A stretch of 11,763 bases of DNA from Campylobacterota bacterium (GTDB taxonomy: Bacteria; Campylobacterota; Campylobacteria; Campylobacterales; Sulfurimonadaceae), in contig JAYEKO010000063.1 in assembly GCA_034661055.1 (NCBI GenBank), positions 1 to 11,763 on the forward strand. The letters are read 5' to 3'. Shown piece by piece: positions 7,399 to 11,763 of this stretch. Made by a program: the position numbers and the translations under genes. Each line of letters opens with the position of its first letter. The stretch's first letter is position 1. The notes under the pieces were generated by a model. It ran no database searches. It had not been told where the DNA came from and was given only the letters and a program-made list of their open reading frames with translations.

Positions 7399-9738
7399 TT
7401 ATTCTTTTTCTCTTTTGTTAAAGAGTAGATCCTGAGTATTAATATTGAAATTAAAATACTCTGATGTAAAGCCACCATTTCCAATGCGTCGAAACTGAAT
7501 GGCGGCACCCTGATTATTTTTGACTTCAAGATAGAGTAGTCCTAGGGCGTATCGACTCTCCATAAAATTAGGATTTTTCATCTTTGCTAACTCTAAAAGT
7601 GCAATGGCATTGGCCTTATGATTAGCTGCAATAGCAGCAACAGCACCCAAAAATAGAGTACGCGCATCTCGCTGTTTATAGTCATCAATTAGCTGATTGT
7701 AGAGAATATAAGACTCTTCAAATTTTTGATCATAGAGTGATGCTATGGCTAAAGCATTAATAATATCTTGTGGATTATCGCCAGTTGCCTCGAGTGTATT
7801 TTTGAGCTTTTGTTTAAGTGGATAGAGCTTACCTGTAATAAGTGCCATCTGTGAATATAGGTAGCGTGAAATAAAAGGACCATAGTACAAATCGTCAAAC
7901 AAGAACTTCTGTCTTTTAAGATAGTTCAATGCTTTTGATGCATATGCCTTATTATCTAAATGACTGTAGTAGGCATCAATGTAAATAAGGTGTGGTAAAA
8001 TATCGTAAGGTAGTGTGCTAGTCAGTTTTTTAGCTGCTTTTTTCCTATCATCATCTCTATTGAATTCTGATGCTATAATAAAGTCCAGCATATAGTAAAG
8101 TGGCCGCTCTTTATAACTGTTTTCTAGCCAAGGCAGAGTCCCAACGTAGTTTCCTGTACCAATATTGATGAGTGTTCTGTATAGCTCAAACTCCTCATCA
8201 CTGTTTTCATGAGTGAGATTCTCTTTTAAGATAGAGAGCAGTTTCTCAGAATCTTTTTTTAACAGTTGGGCTGTGTAAAATGCATAGATTCCAGAGAGGT
8301 AGTTATTGGCATCTAATTGATAAGACTTTAAAAAGTATCTATAAGCACTCTCTCTATCACCGAGTTGTGCATAGCTTAGTGCCAGATTGTAGTTGAGTAT
8401 TGAGTGTTTTGGTTCAATCTCTAGAAGGGATAGTAGCTGTTTGTTTGCACTTCTAAGATGAAATGAGAGTGATTTTTGAATGGATTCGGCAATGCCTTTA
8501 TTGACACGTGAAAGATGCTCTCCATGCTCAAGATAATCTTTAGCGCTACTAATATCATCAATATAGATATTAGCATTACCTTTTCGAATATAGCTGATGG
8601 TTTGGCTTGCATTAAAAACACGATAAGGAGAAAAATAGAATATTTTTTCATATAAGGTAGCTCTGCTTTTAGTCACATTGTTTCTGTAGTGAGTCTGTGC
8701 AAGATCTGTATCAAAAAGAGAGCGTTTAAGATGAACATTTATTGGATAGTACTTATAAACGGCTTCTGGATACATATCGGTAATATCACGCAAAAGAGAG
8801 CCCCCATCTGCAAGTAGACCCGATTTAAGATAGATCAATGAGAGTGCGAGCTGCTCAATAAGTGGATCATCACTTGTGGCTATTGAATCGAGAAGATATC
8901 TCTTTGCAAGGGTTAAGTCTCCAATGTTTGAATATAGGAGTGCTAGTGTAAAATAGTCACTCTCTTTAGGTGCATTTTCAAGTGAGTTTAGTGCGTCATA
9001 ATAGTTACCAAGCAGTGCGCTTGTTTTAGTGTGAAGCCTGTCTTGAATATATTGATAGGATGTTGAGCTTGGATGCCTGAGCGCACTTAAAGTTTCTTGG
9101 TAATTTCCTTTATAATAGTTGATGAGTGAGTAATAATATGAGTAAAGAGGTGAAGCACTCTCTTTAGAGAGTGATGCAAGGGCAAGTTCTATATAGTAAT
9201 CAAACGACTTCTTATCATTTAGATGTAGAGAGCATACTGCTGCATTAATGGCACTCACGCACTGTTTCTCTCCATTTTTTATGGCTTTGTTAAAATTTTT
9301 AAGGGCTTCTAAAAAATTATTTTCTTTAAGTTGAGCAACACCTAAGTTATACTGCGATATTGCCTCGCTAAACTCTGCTATTTTTTCGTATAAGAGTAGG
9401 GCATTTTCTTTATCGCCATTACTGTATAGAGTGTTTGCTTTAGCAATCATCTTCTCTAAACGACTAATCTCAATTGCTTTTTTTGCATCTTCATCTAGTT
9501 TTGAGCTGATGCTTTCAAATGCATTATCTGAACTTGAAGTAGTATCTTTTTGAGTAAGCAAAAGGTAGATAATAAGTGATATAAGAAGCGCTATTAACAC
9601 TCCAGCAACAATAAAAATAATTTTTTGAAGGTTAATATTGCTTTTTTGTTCAACAATAGTCTCTTCCTGAGAGCCTTCAATACCTGCGGCATCAGACTCA
9701 TCAATAACAATTATATCTTCTTGTTCACTATTAGCCAC
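7399..9738 (-). CDS. pflB: Single-pass membrane TPR protein, probable flagellar motor disk protein PflB (Cj0390/HP1479 family)
   Basis: GTG start with AGGA RBS. Acidic N-terminal tail, one TM (IIFIVAGVLIALLISLIIYLLL), then many TPR-like helices (SQYNLGVAQLK, LNYNLALSYAQLGD, SRYALGLLY). It is 779 aa and sits 16 bp downstream of serS, matching the serS-pflB arrangement I recall in C. jejuni and H. pylori. Confidence 0.75.
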   Translation of the reverse strand: MANSEQEDIIVIDESDAAGIEGSQEETIVEQKSNINLQKIIFIVAGVLIALLISLIIYLLLTQKDTTSSSDNAFESISSKLDEDAKKAIEISRLEKMIAKANTLYSNGDKENALLLYEKIAEFSEAISQYNLGVAQLKENNFLEALKNFNKAIKNGEKQCVSAINAAVCSLHLNDKKSFDYYIELALASLSKESASPLYSYYYSLINYYKGNYQETLSALRHPSSTSYQYIQDRLHTKTSALLGNYYDALNSLENAPKESDYFTLALLYSNIGDLTLAKRYLLDSIATSDDPLIEQLALSLIYLKSGLLADGGSLLRDITDMYPEAVYKYYPINVHLKRSLFDTDLAQTHYRNNVTKSRATLYEKIFYFSPYRVFNASQTISYIRKGNANIYIDDISSAKDYLEHGEHLSRVNKGIAESIQKSLSFHLRSANKQLLSLLEIEPKHSILNYNLALSYAQLGDRESAYRYFLKSYQLDANNYLSGIYAFYTAQLLKKDSEKLLSILKENLTHENSDEEFELYRTLINIGTGNYVGTLPWLENSYKERPLYYMLDFIIASEFNRDDDRKKAAKKLTSTLPYDILPHLIYIDAYYSHLDNKAYASKALNYLKRQKFLFDDLYYGPFISRYLYSQMALITGKLYPLKQKLKNTLEATGDNPQDIINALAIASLYDQKFEESYILYNQLIDDYKQRDARTLFLGAVAAIAANHKANAIALLELAKMKNPNFMESRYALGLLYLEVKNNQGAAIQFRRIGNGGFTSEYFNFNINTQDLLFNKREKE

Positions 9739-9754
9739 AATGATCCTCTACAAA

Positions 9755-10999
9755 TTACATGTATTTATTTAATACTTCAGGAATAGCAATATTTCCCTCT
9801 TCATCTTGAAAGTTTTCCATAATTGCAACCAGTGTACGACCAACGGCTAAAGAGCTGCCATTTAGTGTATTTACAAACGTGTTTTTCTTTCCATCTTTAT
9901 AGCGAATTTTTGCACGTCTAGCTTGGAAGTCTCTAGTGTTTGATATAGAGCTTATTTCTCGGTAACTGTTTTGACCTGGCAGCCACACTTCAATGTCAAC
10001 TGTTTTTGCTGCTCCAAAACCTAAGTCTCCGGTACACAACTGAACAAGACGGTGAGGTAATTCTAAAGCCGTTAAGATGTCAGAAGCACAATCTATCATC
10101 TCGTTAAATATCGTGTCACTTGTTTCTGACTTTGTAATACAGACTAGCTCAACCTTATGAAACTGATGCTGTCTAATCATCCCTCTTGTATCACGACCTG
10201 CAGATCCCGCCTCTTTTCTGTAGCATGAGGTGTAGCCAGTCATTTTTATGGGAAGGTTTTCATAAGGAATAATCTCATCTTGAAATAGATTTGTAAGCGG
10301 AACCTCTGCTGTAGGAATCAAAAACATCTCTTGTCCCTCAATTTTATACAAGTCATCCTCAAATTTTGGAAGTTGTCCAGTTCCTTCAAGAGCCGTTCTA
10401 TTGACCATGTGTGGAACGCTAACTTCTTTAAAGCCTCTCTTGCCATTAAAGTCAAGCATAAAGTTAATAAGGGCGCGCTCTAACTTTGCACCCATGTCAT
10501 AAGATACGCTAAAACGACTACCTGATAATTTTGCACCGCGTTCAAAATCTATCCACTTATTCTGTTGTGCTAGTTCCCAATGCTCCTTGGGGGTAAAGTC
10601 AAAGTTTTTTGGAGTGAGAACTTTTTTAATCTCTACATTATCATTTTCATCAACACCATCAGGTACATTTTCATCAGGCAGATTTGGTACACCCATAATT
10701 ACAGATGTAAGCGCTACCTCTGCTTCTCGCTGTACTTCAATGAGTTCGTTAATAAGTGTTTTGTTGGCATCAACTTTTGCTTTTAACTCTGCAATGTCTC
10801 TACCTTCTCTTTTGTAGACACCAAAGAGTTTGCTCATCTCATTTTGAGATGCTTGAGCTTTTTCAAAGTTGGCTTTTGCTGCTTTAAGTTCCGAACTTTT
10901 AGTTCTCATAGACTCAATAATTTCTGTACTGACGCCTTTTCGTTGAAGCTGTCTACTGACGTGGTCAAAATCTTTTTGGAGTTGCTTTAAGTCAATCAT
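9755..10999 (-). CDS. serS: Serine--tRNA ligase
   Basis: N-terminal coiled coil, LIPTAEVP, motif 2 [41 protein letters not shown] and motif 3 [18 protein letters not shown] at 11008-11005. Confidence 0.98.
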   Translation of the reverse strand: MIDLKQLQKDFDHVSRQLQRKGVSTEIIESMRTKSSELKAAKANFEKAQASQNEMSKLFGVYKREGRDIAELKAKVDANKTLINELIEVQREAEVALTSVIMGVPNLPDENVPDGVDENDNVEIKKVLTPKNFDFTPKEHWELAQQNKWIDFERGAKLSGSRFSVSYDMGAKLERALINFMLDFNGKRGFKEVSVPHMVNRTALEGTGQLPKFEDDLYKIEGQEMFLIPTAEVPLTNLFQDEIIPYENLPIKMTGYTSCYRKEAGSAGRDTRGMIRQHQFHKVELVCITKSETSDTIFNEMIDCASDILTALELPHRLVQLCTGDLGFGAAKTVDIEVWLPGQNSYREISSISNTRDFQARRAKIRYKDGKKNTFVNTLNGSSLAVGRTLVAIMENFQDEEGNIAIPEVLNKYM

Positions 11000-11036
11000 T
11001 TAGTTCCTGCATTTTTTATATCTTTAAATTGTAAAG

Positions 11037-11062
11037 ATTATAACAAAAAAAATTTAAACTTA
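11037..11062 (-). promoter_or_regulatory. Campylobacterota-type RpoD promoter for serS(-pflB)
   Basis: The minus strand reads TAAGTTTAAATTTTTTTTGTTATAAT: extended -10 TGTTATAAT (11045-11037), preceded by a T-tract and a TAAGT element, as is typical of Campylobacter sigma70 promoters. Confidence 0.75.
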
Positions 11063-11090
11063 GGTAGTAGGCAGTGCTAAATAGGCCGAT

Positions 11091-11763
11091 TTATGTTACT
11101 TGATGCAGTTTACTTTTTGCTATATAGTTACCTTGAAAATAATTAATATGTAAGGTTTTAAGCTCATCCAATAGCTCTTTTGAATCGACTCCAATTGCAA
11201 TAATCATAATGTTGAGTAGTTCAGTAAGTGTAATGAGTGAACGATTTGGCAACTCTTCACTACTTCCTTTTAGCAGTGAAATTAGGTACTGTGCATCTAT
11301 TTTAATATATTTTGGTTTTATAGTTTGCAGGTAGCTTAAGTTATGACTGCTTACCATAAAGTGATCAACTCCTATATTGTAGCCAAAGGCTTGCAGCATA
11401 TTGCTAAGCTCAATACATGAATCAGTATCTTGAATAATAGAGTTATTTGAAATTTCAAAACATATAGGGGCACTTTTATTCTGTTTAAAATCACGAAGTT
11501 GCTCTTTTAGCCATTTTAGATTAGCATTTTGTTGAATAAAACTTAATGATAAATTAACAGCAATAGGAACTTCTTGCCCGCATGCAATTAAGTGAGAGAT
11601 AACATATTTATCAATCTTATCCATCCATTTAAAGTGTAGAATTACCGGCATAAAATAGTTGGCATCAATAATAGTTCCAAGGTGGTTGAGCCTTAGGAGT
11701 AGCTCATAATGCAGTATATTACGGTCATCACTCATAGCTGGTTGAAGTGCACATATAAATCGT
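11091..11763 (-). CDS. 5'-truncated protein with a C-terminal degenerate EAL domain (possibly a LapD-like c-di-GMP receptor)
   Basis: The frame stays open to the window edge (RFICALQPAMSDDRNILHYELLLRL), so ATG 11735 is internal. EAL fold motifs are QP, ELLLR, IAVNLS, FEISN, VDHF, YIKID and FQGNY; several catalytic positions are altered. Confidence 0.8.
   Translation of the reverse strand, partial: RFICALQPAMSDDRNILHYELLLRLNHLGTIIDANYFMPVILHFKWMDKIDKYVISHLIACGQEVPIAVNLSLSFIQQNANLKWLKEQLRDFKQNKSAPICFEISNNSIIQDTDSCIELSNMLQAFGYNIGVDHFMVSSHNLSYLQTIKPKYIKIDAQYLISLLKGSSEELPNRSLITLTELLNIMIIAIGVDSKELLDELKTLHINYFQGNYIAKSKLHQVT

Noticed and set aside
8421..10817. ORFs 8421-8651, 10580-10786 and 10587-10817
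   Set aside because: They are nested in or antisense to pflB and serS and have no motifs.
11000..11036. T-box or attenuator leader upstream of serS
   Set aside because: The predicted 5' UTR is only about 30 nt, with no T-box motif or terminator.
11085..11092. GCCGATTT resembling a sigma28 (FliA) -10 box on the + strand
   Set aside because: There is no TAAA -35 at the expected spacing, and it would only drive antisense transcription into the EAL gene.
1..11763. CRISPR array, tRNA/rRNA, IS, prophage or defence system
   Set aside because: All intergenic gaps are under 100 bp. I saw no spaced repeats and no transposase, integrase or nuclease motifs.

Overview
This is an AT-rich, gene-dense chromosomal segment. 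Protein style and gene order point to a Campylobacterota (Epsilonproteobacteria) genome, probably a Sulfurimonas/Thiovulaceae-like free-living lineage; this is inferred from recalled homology, not from a search. The + strand carries a 5'-truncated gene ending in an atypical receiver-like domain, a dimeric dUTPase, a PglG-like Cache/4TM membrane protein, hisH, hisA, cheY, prmA, ftsH and pssA. The converging - strand carries a 5'-truncated gene with a degenerate EAL domain, serS and a membrane-anchored TPR protein that is probably the flagellar motor disk protein PflB. Two clear extended -10 (TGnTATAAT) promoters are visible. I found no RNA genes, mobile elements, CRISPR arrays or long repeats. 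The window is mostly conserved core genome and I cannot support a clearly novel system. The best leads are three non-canonical signalling proteins (pseudo-receiver, output-less Cache/4TM PglG, catalytically degenerate EAL) and some small regulatory and synteny points.
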